In this document: in pieces, positions 1 through 12,809 of the stretch
Numbering within the stretch: position 1 is the stretch's first letter
How the letters are laid out: the number at the start of each line of letters is the position of its first letter
Assembly (NCBI GenBank): GCA_025603075.1
Contig: MU626284.1
Location: 62,001 to 126,000, forward strand
Direction of reading: 5' to 3'
Source: Neoconidiobolus thromboides FSU 785
Lineage: Eukaryota; Fungi; Entomophthoromycota
Length of the DNA stretch: 64,000 bases
Notes under the pieces: model-generated
What the model saw: only the letters and a program-made list of their open reading frames with translations
Told to the model about the DNA's origin: nothing
Database searches by the model: none
Program-made: the position numbers and the translations under genes

Positions 1-628
1 TAAACAACTTAATAAATAAAGCTCAAACTTCAATTTTACTCTTTTGTATTACTTTAATTCAAACTATCTTATTTCTTATTTCTTATTCCTTTGGGAAAAT
101 ATCATATAAAAATTTACCCAAAGAATAAAACTTTGACTGATTTTTTACTAAGCACATGATTTAGATACCCCTAATCAACCATCATGTTGTTGTCTTTGTC
201 TATACTATTGAAGCCATACCATCATAGTTAAACATAAAGTATTAAGGATATACCTATCATACTAACTATCCTCTACAAAATATTTATAGTAAAATAGAAT
301 ATATAAGCTTAACTACTTGACACTAGATAAATAAATAATAAATAAATAGTAAAAAAATACGTGCATTTTAATATAATAATTATATTTATTATAAAGACAC
401 AATTTACAATAAACGAATGGATAGAATAGGATATAGATAAATAAAATCACCTTTTAATTAATAGTTGAAGAGACAAATAGAAAGAAGGTTATTACAAAAC
501 ACAAGTCAAAGTTATTAATAAAATTTCAAAACGATAAGATATTTCACAATTAAAAACGGGTATGGTGCCAAGTTACCACCTTAGCGCCATCCCCTTATTA
601 CTTATAATAAATAACAATTCACATACCC

Positions 629-1111
629 TTAATTGCAAATTCTCTTACCACTATTCTTAAAACTCTTTGGACGACGGTCTTTACCGATAGTTCTATTCTT
701 AACTGAGCGAGATGGGGCAGTATTTACTTTATTAGTATTGCCATTTCTTTTATGGGTAATTTGTAAGCAATCGAAGAGTAAGGATAAAGAATCAATTGTA
801 TAAGCGGGTTTGTTTATAACCTTGAAGCAAGTATTCAATTGAAACTTTTCAACCTCTTCTTGGTTTACAAACTCGTCAAATAAGTACTTGCGCCACTCTT
901 TTTTTGAGCGAAATTTACTTGTCATTAGCTGTGCTCGACTCATTACCGTTTGGTCCATCATATTGTCCATTGAATTGATAACCAAGACTTTCTTACACAA
1001 ATCTTTGGAGCTGGATGCCTTGAGTTTGTTGATACTTAAATCAAAAGCGTTACTAGTTATAGGTTCAAGGTTGGTAGTTCTTGAGGTAGGATTACTTACA
1101 GAGGTCGACAT
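629..1111 (-). CDS. 160-aa protein with an N-terminal SERTA-like motif and a basic C-terminal tail
   Basis: Intronless ORF. Residues 20-48 (SNAFDLSINKL...DLCKKVLVINSM) match the SERTA pattern FDLSxxKL...DLxxxVLVxN as I recall it from SERTAD1. The C-terminus is K/R-rich and NLS-like. Confidence 0.55.
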   Translation of the reverse strand: MSTSVSNPTSRTTNLEPITSNAFDLSINKLKASSSKDLCKKVLVINSMDNMMDQTVMSRAQLMTSKFRSKKEWRKYLFDEFVNQEEVEKFQLNTCFKVINKPAYTIDSLSLLFDCLQITHKRNGNTNKVNTAPSRSVKNRTIGKDRRPKSFKNSGKRICN

Positions 1112-2800
1112 TTATAATGATAGTTCAGGTTCAAGTTAGTTGTTGACTGCACAGGTACGATAAAATCAGTTTAGATAAGTTGAAAGATGAAATGGAATGA
1201 GAAACTATAATTTATAAATTTATAAATTTTGCTTTTTTCATTTTTCTAATCTTGAATAAATTGTGATTCTTTAGTGAGCGATATTTTGGTTTCAAAATGG
1301 CTTAGAGGAGGGTATTGTCGTCGACTTTTATTGGATGAAATTAGAAAAATAGTAGATATTGATTAGCTGAATTTATTAATCAGTTGTTATTTTTGGATTT
1401 TAACTTAAATCATTGGTTTGGGCAAATGGATAATAGCTTTTATTATGGTCCATATGAGAATTGCAAAGTTAAATAAGTTAATACTAATATTAATAATATT
1501 AATTTATTAATAAAAATAGTATTATTATATGTAGTACTATAAGATATATAAGTAAATATTAATGATCATAATAGTATAATAGTGATAATAGTGGCTTTAT
1601 TAATATTTTATTTTCATAATAAATCGTCCATTTTAATTAATTAATAGTAGTTAAGTAATAAGTTTTTGGATTAAAATTAACGGTAATATAATAAATCGTA
1701 AAGATATTAGCAGTTTATTGGTTTATCATGCACTCATGATTATAAAGATGATTAGTTGAGAGTGTATGAAAAGATATTTGAATTTGATTGTAAAAGTCAC
1801 CATCTTCATCAATACACAAGTCACAACCAATCATATTATTAGCCGAAATTAAAGTAGGCTAAATAATTGTTTTTTCTGCAAATTCTGTTATTGCTATTTG
1901 CTGTTTTTTTGGTTCTATTGTAATTTACTCACATTTATTACCCTCTTTACCCTTAACCGATTTAAGAAATTCTCAATTAAATATTTTATTACAAGTTGTA
2001 ATTGCTAGAATCATTATATCTACATTCTATGTTATATGATATGCCAATTCAAGCTAGTAAAATTGATAAACACAAAAACCAATATGCCTTGGATTAATAT
2101 AAACTGATATCAATAATATTAGCTATATTTTTAAAATTTCATTTTAATTAAATCAGGTGTTTTTTCTATATAGATAAATAGAACAATCAAAATTGATTGA
2201 ATTTCTTTAGATAGCAGTAAGTTTATAAGTTGGTAATTAGTTTGGGCAAAAGCCTTCATAGTTTTCCTGGAGGCTTTTAAGGTTTGAGATACTCAAAAGA
2301 GCTATGGGTAAGTTTTTTTAAAATGCTCCTTAACTAACCTTCTCGATATCCCCTTGAACTGTTTTTTTAAAAACATTTCTTTTTTAGCAATTTTTTATTT
2401 TGACCAATAAAAGGTCTGGGCTTTTAATTTTCAAGAATTTTATAAAACTATGGGAATCTAAGCTAATGTGAATTTTTTTTGAAAAATGCCCAAAAGCTTA
2501 GAAGAGAAGCATCATTTTGTTTTACTTTCTACTCATTTTTAATGTAGTGTAAAATAAAATTGTCAACTTATTGAATTGAAAAGGCTTTTATAATATTATT
2601 TGTAGCATTTTATGTAAAACATTAAAAGTTTCAAATGTCATCTCATTTTCATTTTCTTATTATAAAGCAGTATTTCAAAAAAAAGTATATTCACGCTTTT
2701 TAATTCTATTGTTTTCAGGTAAATAATTATGGCTTTTTATTTAAAGTATAAGAAATTATAGATCACAACAGCGAACTATTTTCATTAAAAAGCTTTAAAT

Positions 2801-2896
2801 GGGATGTTTTTTTGGCTTCATCACTTTTTCCATTTTTTAAGCACTATTTGAGTGGAAAAATTGTTACTAAAATTCTTAAATACAAAATACATCTCC
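2801..2896 (+). mobile_element. MITE family A copy
   Basis: GGGATG...CATCTCC ends and the shared internal core GGCTTCATCACTTTTTCCATTTTTTAAGCACTATTTGAG. Flanks are AAAT/ATAT. Confidence 0.85.
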
Positions 2897-4834
2897 ATAT
2901 TTTGGAGTAAAAAGCTTTGGCAATACAGTTTAGTACTCTTACCACTTTTTATAAAGGAACTGAAGTTATTAAAGAAAATTTCAATGATTTATAAAAAAGT
3001 TTTTAAAGGATTTCTTTAAATAGTAATAGCTATAATAAATAACCAGTATTAAAAATAATATACTATCGGACTAGAGTTTTTGCTTAGTTTCATATTTATA
3101 TTTTGATTTAAAAAAACTATAATATAATAATTATTTATAAAAGCTTCTTATAGAAAATAACTATTTTAAGAAAATTTATTTTTAAATTCAAAACTATTAA
3201 TTCTAACTTATAAAAAGTATAAAAGCATCAATAAATATTGAAGAAAATCATTATTTGTAATTCACTTAATTTAGTTAGTACAGCGTTTCCACCCCAGGAA
3301 AATTGGATTGGAAATGGTGTATAAATGAAGTTTAATTAAGTCCTCCCAAAATTATACAACAAAATGAATTTAATCAACCTTGTTTTATATTTCCTCAAAA
3401 TTGCTATTATCAAACTTAAGCACTTTTTATCAAAATAAAATTGAGAATTACTCAGAACAAATTAAAGCAAATTTTTATGGAACATTTTGAAACAAAAATG
3501 AGAATTGCGAAAAGATACATGCTTGCTCAGAAATTATCTTTATCTCAAATCAGTTTTAATTACTAAAATTAAATGTTCGCACAGTTTATTTCTGAAGCCA
3601 GTAAATAGTTTAAAAAAAATCAAAAGTAGAATGAGTGCTGACAAAGTAGAAAGATAAAAGTATAAAAGCTCTTTATAATTCTATTAATAAAATAAGAAAT
3701 TAAGTAAAATTTATTTATAATATATAAAACTTATTTATAAATATAATAAATTATTCTGTAGTTTTGGATTTTTTAATCAAGTTAAGCTTAGAGGATTTTT
3801 AATAATAAATTATTCTTTTTAAATAAATAAACTTAACAACTTTTTAGGCAAAGCGCAAAAAGTGCAATAAATCACTTGAGCTAAATCCCTGTGATTTTTC
3901 TATTGTTTAACCTCAAAAATAAAGGGATAGTGAAATTTTAGAACTTTTATAATTTAGCATAATAAATCAGCTGTGAAGTGAGAACACTTGAATAGCAGTT
4001 TAAAAATATTAAAATAATCAGCTAACTTCAATTAGCTATCTTTAAGCAGTAGAGTAAAAAGGGATTATTGTATTATAGTACATTGATCAATGATTGTGTA
4101 ATTATTCTATAAATTTTGCAATGAATTAAAAATAGTTATCTAATAAGTTACTCCAATAAATAGATTATTACCAAAAATAATGAATTAAAACCTCTGTAGA
4201 TACTTTATGATTAGTAAACCAATCAAACTTATAATAGAATCCGTTCCAGTGATAAGGTAAAGTGATAAAAGGAATTATTCTAACGTATTGTCATCGGAAT
4301 ATGATCGATTAAGACTTTTAGAAGTAAACAGGAGATTTCAACATTTAATGAAAAGCTGACTGAACTTGTAGATAACAGCGGCCCAATGAATTCATTATTT
4401 TATATCATACCCTTGGTATCATTCGTTAAACAAACAAAATCTAATAAATTCTGGTTATTAAGTTACAAAGTTGACCAATAATGCTTGATAGTTTATTCTC
4501 ACATCCTTTAAATAAAAATTAAGCAGTTAAATGGGGTAAAATGAAGAAAGATACTATTAATTCAAGCCACAATTAGGAAAAGACAAAAGAGGTAACTGTT
4601 CAGTAGCGGGTAACTTTCAAAACCAAATCAGTTTAAGTGCCAAGATATATTCTTAATTTAATTGGCCGCTGTCCCCGCTGAATCATGTTAAAAGGTGTAA
4701 TGAAAAGTTCTTGAATTAGACATTTAATTAATTCAATACAAAATTTAATTTGAATACAATCAATTTGTTTTTGTTATATTGTTTTATTCCTTTGTTCATT
4801 CATTATTTTTTTTGTTTTTTTAAAGTTATAAAAG

Positions 4835-6466
4835 ATGTCGTATATGAATGTAGAAGATCATGCTGAGGCCGGAAAGAAGCCTCGTAAGAAACTTAGTCGG
4901 TTTTCAAAGCAATGTTTCTGTACTGGATTCATATTTGCTTTTATATTCCTTGGTATAATATCTCTAATGATTGTTATACCTGTAGTCCAACATATCAATA
5001 AAGTGGTAGCAGATAATAAGGATGCACCATCAAAGGGTAAACCAAAGACGAGGGAAGACATTATGATTGAGGCTACTAAAGGGCCGATACCAGTTAAGAA
5101 AAAGCTGGTACTGATTGATCCAGACACACCAGATGATAAAAAAACGATAATTTCATCTACTAATGAAGAATGGAAATTAGCGTTCTCTGATGAATTTAAT
5201 GAATCTGGAAGGACATTTTATCCAGGTGATGACCCAGTTTGGTAATATACAAAGCTTGGTATTATTATATTATATACTTATATAATTAAATAGGGAAGCA
5301 GTTGATCTTTGGTATGAAGCTACCCAGGATGCTGAATACTATAAACCTGACTACGCATCTACTGAGCAAGGTTATTTAGTCATAACAGCTGAAGATAAGC
5401 CAGTTGGGGACTTGAAATATTCTTCTGCTATGTTACAATCATGGAACAAACTTTGCTTTAAGGGTGGAAGAATTGAGAGTAACAATTTATTTATATTAAA
5501 TAGGTAATAGCTAATATTCAATTATAGTGTCTGTGTCTTTACCTGGTGATCCACATACCTCTGGTTTTTGGCCAGGTGCTTGGATGTTAGGTAACCTTGG
5601 AAGGGCGTAAGTTTAGTATATTAAAGCTTGGTGTATTCTAAATTATTATTAGTGGATATAAATCAACTACTGATGGATTATGGCCCTATTCTTATGATAC
5701 TTGTGATCAAGGAGTTAAACCAGATCAAGGAGATAAAACCATATCCGGCTTAATAGGACAGAAGTTAAATAAATGTGTATGTGATGGTGAAGATCATCCT
5801 TCTCCAGGTACGGGTAGAGGAGCGCCAGAGATAGATATTATTGAAGCTTTATCATCCCACTCTAAAGGGGGTGAAGTCTCACAGTCATTTCAGTTAGCTC
5901 CATTTGATAAAGGACGTACTGTTAACCCAGCTGGAACTCAATTCTTTCCGGATTTTAAAACCACATTAAATACATATAATGGTGGACCTTTACAACAAGC
6001 TGTCTCTGCATTATCTAGCTTACCATCAAATATTTATTCTGGTACTGATTTCATTACTTTCTCAGTCGAATATGAGCCTGGAGATGATGGTTATATCACC
6101 TGGCTTATTGATAACAAACCTACATGGACCATCAAAGCAAGTGCCATTGCAGCCAACAAGGATTCTAAGGTCGATAAAAGATTGATACCAGAAGAACCAA
6201 TGTATCTAATTCTAAATTTGGCCTTAGCAGAAGGTTTTTCAGAAATTTCTTCTGACCTTAAATTTCCTGGCCACTTTTTGATTGACTATGTGAGAATTTA
6301 CCAACACCCAGACCGTGTATCTATCACTTGTGATCCTCCAAATTACCCCACAACGGATTATATTGATAAACATCGTAATGCCTATTATAATAAGAATTGG
6401 ACCACATGGGAATTAGCGGGATATAAAAAACCTAGTTACGATTTAGAAAAATGTAAAAAATCATAA
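4835..6466 (+). CDS. KRE6: KRE6/SKN1-like beta-glucan synthesis-associated GH16 protein (type II membrane)
   Basis: 4 exons (4835-5241, 5294-5478, 5528-5606, 5653-6466) with GT-AG introns. One TM helix, then FSDEFN, SAMLQSWNKLCF, WPGAWMLGNLGRAGY, catalytic EIDIIE and PEEPMYLILN. Confidence 0.92.
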
Positions 6467-6575
6467 GCATCGAAGGGTTAGCATCGTAGAGTAAATATTA
6501 CATATAGTCCATATTTTATATAATAAATAATTTTAAATTTAATTTAATAAATAAAATGGCTTAAATTAATACTTT

Positions 6576-7873
6576 TTATTTTTTAACGATTTGTACTACA
6601 TCTTCATTATTTACTATGTGAGTTAAGCCAACCCTTTGTGGGTTATGCTTGGTTGATGTACCCCATACTAAAGCATACTTGAAATCAGTTAAAAGAGAGC
6701 GATGAATAGCATGACATACATGCTCAATTGAAGATTGAGTTCTTACAATTAAACCTTCCGCAAATTCAGGTTGTTCTATATAATAAATAAAGGAATTCTA
6801 AACTGATAAAAAAATTATTACCTCCTCTTCTTTTTGTATAGATCATTAATAACCCAAGATATTTCCAAATTGATTTAATAAGCCCATCTAAATTTAAGTC
6901 TTGATAGCAAGAGATGACTTCAGTGTTAGGTTGACGAGCAATACGATCTAACTCTTCCATTGTGATAGCATCGATCTTATTATAAACGTAAAGACAGCGT
7001 ACATATTTACGATTACCAAGGATGACATCAATTAGTTCATCAACGGTACAGTCCTCTCTTATTAATAGTTCAGCATTGAATATTTTATAATCATGTAATA
7101 TTTGATAAGCCAATCTTTCATTTAAATGTGTCAATTTTACGGTAGAATTGAATGAAATGCCCCCTCCTTTTTTGACTTTAAAATATACATTTGGTGGCTT
7201 TTTGTTTAACCTTAAACCTACTGCTTCCAATTCCCTTTCTAGCAATTCCCTATTGGAATATAAATTAGGCACTAAAATAAATAGATTATCTAAATTACTT
7301 TTGAACTTCAGATTTAGTAGCATCAAGCATCATTAAAACCAAATCAGCTGTACGAGCCACAGCAACGACTTGTCTACCTCTACCTTTACCTTGAGAAGCA
7401 CCTTCAATGATACCAGGTAAATCCAACAATTGGATAGAAGCTCCCATATACTCAATTTTTCCAGGAATACAAGTCAGGGTGGTGAACTCATAAGCCCCAG
7501 TTTCAGATTCCGTTTTTGTGATTTTACTTAACAAAGTCGATTTTCCTACAGAAGGGAAACCAATCATTACAACTCGAGCATCACCACTCTTCATTACATC
7601 GAAACCTTCACCCTTTATTTATATGTTAGTTTTATGGTTGTACTTGCATTAGTTTTGGTTACTTTAACAGCCGTACCCTTTGGTTCCAATAACTGAACTC
7701 TATATTTTGCTAACTTAGCTTTTAGAAGACCAAGATGGTGCTCGGTAGCTAATATTAAAAAAACGAACTATGAGTATATTTGTTTTCAAAATAAAATAAA
7801 ATTATATACCTTTGTTTTTTTGCGTCCTCGCAATTTCCCTTTCAATATCTGATATTTTTTCTAATATTCCCAT
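6576..7873 (-). CDS. DRG2: Developmentally regulated GTP-binding protein 2 (RBG2/DRG2), Obg family
   Basis: 5 exons. N-terminus [21 protein letters not shown]; G1 GFPSVGKS, G2 YEFTTLT, G3 DLPG, G4 NKID; C-terminal TGS region [15 protein letters not shown]. Confidence 0.95.
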
Positions 7874-9037
7874 TTTGTATTAAAAATGTTTAAAGTTGCA
7901 TCTTTGTTTTTTTATTTTTGTATTACATCGCCCAATCAATCGCAGCAAAATTTACTGCGAAAAGTAATCATTTATTCAAGTGAAAGAATTGTTTATTTTT
8001 ACTTGCTAGCTTATTTCAATAGTGCCTTAGTTTAATCAAAAAACCAGCTAATATAAACCTAGCTCTTCAATTATAATTTAATTCGTTACTTTTGTTTTTA
8101 CTTCTCTCTTTCATTAATATCATGATTACAATATTGAAAAAGGATGCCTTTCTTCATTTTGGCTTTTTGTTCACTTTTAAATAGCTAGAAATGAAAAATT
8201 TAGACCAAAACTCTTGAATAAACAGTATTTTTATTTCAGGCTTTTTACAAATCACTTAGAACTAATGCTTTTCAAGTCTTAATTAAAGGCTATATAGCTG
8301 TTGCAACTCTTTCGCAATCTAGTCAACTACTCATTTAGAAAAAAAGCTTCTACTAAAATATAGCTAAAAACAAGGATCAAGCAATAAAAAAGGCAGTTAT
8401 ATAAATAATTGCTTATAAAAATCACTACTAAAAAGTCTAGAGTTACAACAGCTGTAACTCAAATATCAACCTTTTTACTTTTGTAAAGAGTAGCCTTAGG
8501 TTTTTATAAACAAATGGTTTGAAATCAAAAAAGAACTACGTAAATCTAGGCTATTTAGCAAAGGTCCTCCAACCATTACTATTGTGTAAGGCATTTGATA
8601 AGTCAAAAAAATCCATATTTCAAGACCATTGATATTTTTAGTTATTTTATAAAATTACTATCAAAATTTATTTTGAATAAAAAAATTATGTTGAAAATAC
8701 TTGAATTATAAAATAATAGGAATCAAATCATAAAATAGTAGGAATTAAATCATCATATAATTTTCAACTTATTAAATCTTTTATCTATTAGAATTTATAA
8801 CTTAATCTTTTAAAGGCCAATCATTCTTTACTTAACAATTTGAGATATTATTTAAAAATTAAAATATTTCTCAGTTAATATGCCAATTAAATATCTGTTT
8901 GATAGATAAAGCTCATGACAAAATGATGCAACATATAACGGTATCAAAAATTTATTTCAAAAAGAGGTGGTAGATATTAAATGGAGAGTTAGTAGTTAAA
9001 AAAGATTAAGGAAAAAGAGTGGTCGGGAGGGAGGAAT

Positions 9038-9451
9038 TCAAGGCTGATTAATAAAACTTAAGATTTTGCTTAGAGACTTCACCTTTTCTTTTAAGCGTTG
9101 ATTTTCAAGTTGACAATTTTTTTGATCTTCGTCAAGTTTCCGTAATTTAGTTTGTAACTTGATGATATAGTTTAGTTCATTCAAGGTATCCTCTTCTTCT
9201 TTCCTCTTAGTTGCTTTATTAATTCGATTCACTTGTAGCCTCTTTGGTGGCCTCAATTTGATCTGTTGCCCATTTTCGTCAACTAATTTGCATATTCTTA
9301 AACATCTTTCTTTGCATCCTCGTATACATGGGTTTTTCTTTGTTTTTTCTTTGGATTCTGATTTCGTGGTTGATAAGTGAACATTAGACTCGTTTTGAGT
9401 AATGTTCATGCTCATGTCTACGTTTATTTTAATTAAGTCGTGAGTAGTCAT
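9038..9451 (-). CDS. Small bZIP-like protein with a Cx3Cx3Cx3C cluster
   Basis: 137-aa ORF. Basic segment NRINKATKR (N-x7-R) is followed by a heptad L-L-C-L-L coiled coil. The spacing is non-canonical. Confidence 0.5.
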   Translation of the reverse strand: MTTHDLIKINVDMSMNITQNESNVHLSTTKSESKEKTKKNPCIRGCKERCLRICKLVDENGQQIKLRPPKRLQVNRINKATKRKEEEDTLNELNYIIKLQTKLRKLDEDQKNCQLENQRLKEKVKSLSKILSFINQP

Positions 9452-10770
9452 AGGATTGAAATAAGACGTTATAATATGGCCTTTATATTATTCTGAACTC
9501 GAATTTAACTTAATGTTTAACAAGATCAATCAAGGTTGCTTAAATATGATTTTTATTATTGGTATTTCTAATATCGTATTACTTATAAAGGTATAAAATT
9601 AATAATGAGTCTATAAGCTATACTTAGTTATATAAAATGAAAATAGTTTAATTTATAATTAGAGATTCTGAAATTTAAATAAGTTAAAGATGGTTTGGAT
9701 ATAAATTATAAGTAGCCAAATTATTGCATATTATTAATAAATTCATTAACTTTAGTTTAGTAATCAACTTTTGGAGTTAATTTTGTTTAGTAATAATTCA
9801 TTTTATTTGGCATATAAGCTAAGATTAAATCCATTTTTATTTGTAAAGATTTGTAATCAAGGTATCAAATTGTGTACAAACTGGATTTTTGATTCAAAAT
9901 TCTTAAAACCTTTGCTTGTAGCCTACTTTTTTATATATAATCTGGATATGAAGAATAAATTAAAAAATCAAAATGACCAAAATACACATATAATGTTATA
10001 TAATACTGATATAATCGGGAAAACGGTTTTATTAATACTTGATAAAGAAAATCAAAAGAAAATTTAAAATACAGGGATTATTGTAAATGAAGGTTTATAA
10101 TAATGTTGTTTAAAATAAGTGGCATTCATTTATTATCGAGTTAGCCTTATATCTCATATCACCTTTGTATTCTTTTTAAGTCACTGAGATATTTAAAAAG
10201 ATTATTAATTTTACTATAAGGAAAATATAAAAAAATTTAATCTCTTTACCTCATCTCTTAAGCAAAACAAAAATGATAAATAATGACTATTGAATATCTT
10301 TTAATCAAATTTTAAAATTACTATATTAAGTCCTGATTATCCGACAATATACTTGCATTTCTTCAATCTTTTAGTACTAAGTTTCAATAATCATATTGGG
10401 CTTTTAGCCGAAATAAAGGTTTTATTTTACTTATATTTAAGTCAACTGAATGCAAATGGGTTTTCAAAAGTATTAGAAATTACTTATAAGTAGTAAACCT
10501 GATTTGTAGTAATAATAATAAATAATTATAAATCCAATTAGGTTATTATATAATAATTATTTCTGGTATATAGAATATAAATTTGTATTTACAAAATTTA
10601 ATTAAATATTTTGTTAAACTATACATTTCTACTATTTAATCTTATGTAAAAACACTATAGAATTCTATCTAATTCATAGAAAATTATTTACACTAATTGA
10701 TTGGCTATATAGAAACTGATGACAATCTTTCAATTCTATAGAGTATTCAACTCTTGCTTCCTAAATCAAG

Positions 10771-12750
10771 ATGAATTACTCACAGCAAAGATATAATAAC
10801 TTAATAGATAAAATTGAGCAATCATTCTTACCTCAATTTAGTGACCTGAGTACTAAAAGCAGTGCGGAAGAAATAAATATAGCAAACAATGATTCAACCT
10901 TATTTCTAAAAGCTAACTTATTAAGTCCAATACCGACAATCATACAACAGAACTCTGTGAATGAAGGGATAAAGAAGCACAAGCTTGAAAATACTGGGAT
11001 TAAGTTACCGAATTTAGATAGTATTAAAGTCAAACTTTTTGATGTTTGGGAGAATAAAGAGATAGAGGTAACTCAAGCCTCAGATAATGGTGCTTTAGAA
11101 TGGTATTTTTTAGCCCAGATGGTAGCGGCGGTAGAGTGTTTATTTGTAGAAAAGTTATTAAAGGACTCTATAAAGTTAAATCAAACTTTAAATAAATGGG
11201 AAAGATATCCGGATAGTGGTACAAGTGGTATTTTATTATATGGAGTTGAAAGTTTACCTAGAAGAGCATTTGGCGGGTTTTATACTCACTTTAGTGCAAT
11301 TTACAACAAAGAATTAGATATGGGTTATTATTATAATGCAGCTAATAAAATTATTCAATCACCATACAATCAATTGATTAAAAAACCCCACAAAAAATTA
11401 AGAAAAGAGATTCAATTTAATAAAGATAGGATAAAGAGATACCAAGTGTTAAATGCAGCTTCTCTTGGTCTTATTGGAGAACTTCAAGATATCTTTAGTG
11501 AGTGCGATACAGATTTAAATAAAATTACAGGCTATATTTTTAAATCTATAAAAGGTCTGTCCCAAATGTTACAACTCTTACAATTGGATTTAAGTGAATT
11601 GCCTAATGTTGAAGCTCTGATTCAACTAGAGCAGAATGGTAAATCATAGTTATTTTTTTGCTCAAATTTAAACTTAATTAATATTATAGTAAACCCCCCT
11701 TCAAGTATAAAAGAAGTGTATAATTATTTAGCATTAGTAATCAATTTGTTGCAAAATCATAAAAATGTAGTGGATTCAATTATAGATGATTATGGACCAC
11801 CTGGTTTAGGATCTCAGTTATTATTGCCATCTTTAGTATCTTATTTTGTTGCTAAAAATGGAATCAAGTTAATATGGGAAAACAAAGAAAGTTTAATCAA
11901 TTATTTGATTGAATTTAAAGATACTATTATTGCTTTTAGTAATAATTGGATCATTCAACCATTGATTTCAATGTATCATACTATTCGATATAAAAATCAT
12001 AATTTAGCTGTTATTTCAGAAGCTTCGTTAGAGTCTGATATAAAGGTAACTTAACCCAATAAACTTATATATTTATACTAATAGTTATTATTATAGTCTT
12101 TGGAAAGAATGGTAAATTCCTTTGTAATAAATAATAACTTAATAAGCAGTAATGAACTTAATAAACTCAATGAACAAATTAAAGTAGGAGATTTAACAGT
12201 TGTATTAAAAGAATATGAAAAAGAATTACAATACCCGATTAATAATCTGTTGTTTGGAAATTTGATTCAGACATTGTTGATTCAAATTCAAAAAATGAAA
12301 GTAGATGCTAATTTAGCTTTGAATGCTTTGGATTCTTTATTAAAATCAAATGAATTTACTTTTGGATTGATCGCTGTTATACCTCCTGTTTTATTAACTT
12401 ACTTTGTATTAAGATTTATAAGAAACTGGTATTTAGCTAGAAGTGGTAATCTGACTAAAAATATTAAACAACAGCTTAAATCGAACTTCAACTTTGTTTT
12501 CAGATTATTAAACTTACAAAGCAACAGTCAATTAAAGGAATCGGACAGGTATTTAAACCAAGGTACTATTTTATGTCAACTCCAATACATTCGTCAGCTT
12601 GTTGGTAAAGGGCAATGTTTCAAGGGTAAAAAAGATTGTGAAGAGTTCTTATTATTTTTGAATGATTTAGAAACTTTTAGTTTATCAAGCAATCAACGTT
12701 TAACTACTTTAAATCATTTATTTGTAGCTTATCCATATTTACTTAAATAA
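10771..12750 (+). CDS. NCA2: Nuclear control of ATPase 2 (NCA2) family protein
   Basis: 3 exons (10771-11638, 11690-12045, 12097-12750). Motifs SLESDIKSLERMV, GDLTVVLKEYEKEL and KVDANLALNALDSLLKSNEFTFG are typical of the ATP-synthase regulation NCA2 domain. Confidence 0.85.
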
Positions 12751-12809
12751 AAACAATAAAATTAAATTTAAGATATAATATAACGAACTTTTTATAAAAG
12801 CTTAAGCTC

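Noticed and set aside
3440-3560. Homeodomain-like phrase (EHFETKMRIAKRYMLAQKLSLSQ)
   Set aside because: Helix spacing is wrong, the WFxNxR helix is absent, and stops flank it.
9771-10067. 98-aa ORF; also 22626-22844 and 26168-26374
   Set aside because: Non-ATG or weak starts, F/L/I/K/N-biased translation typical of AT-rich non-coding DNA, and no motifs.
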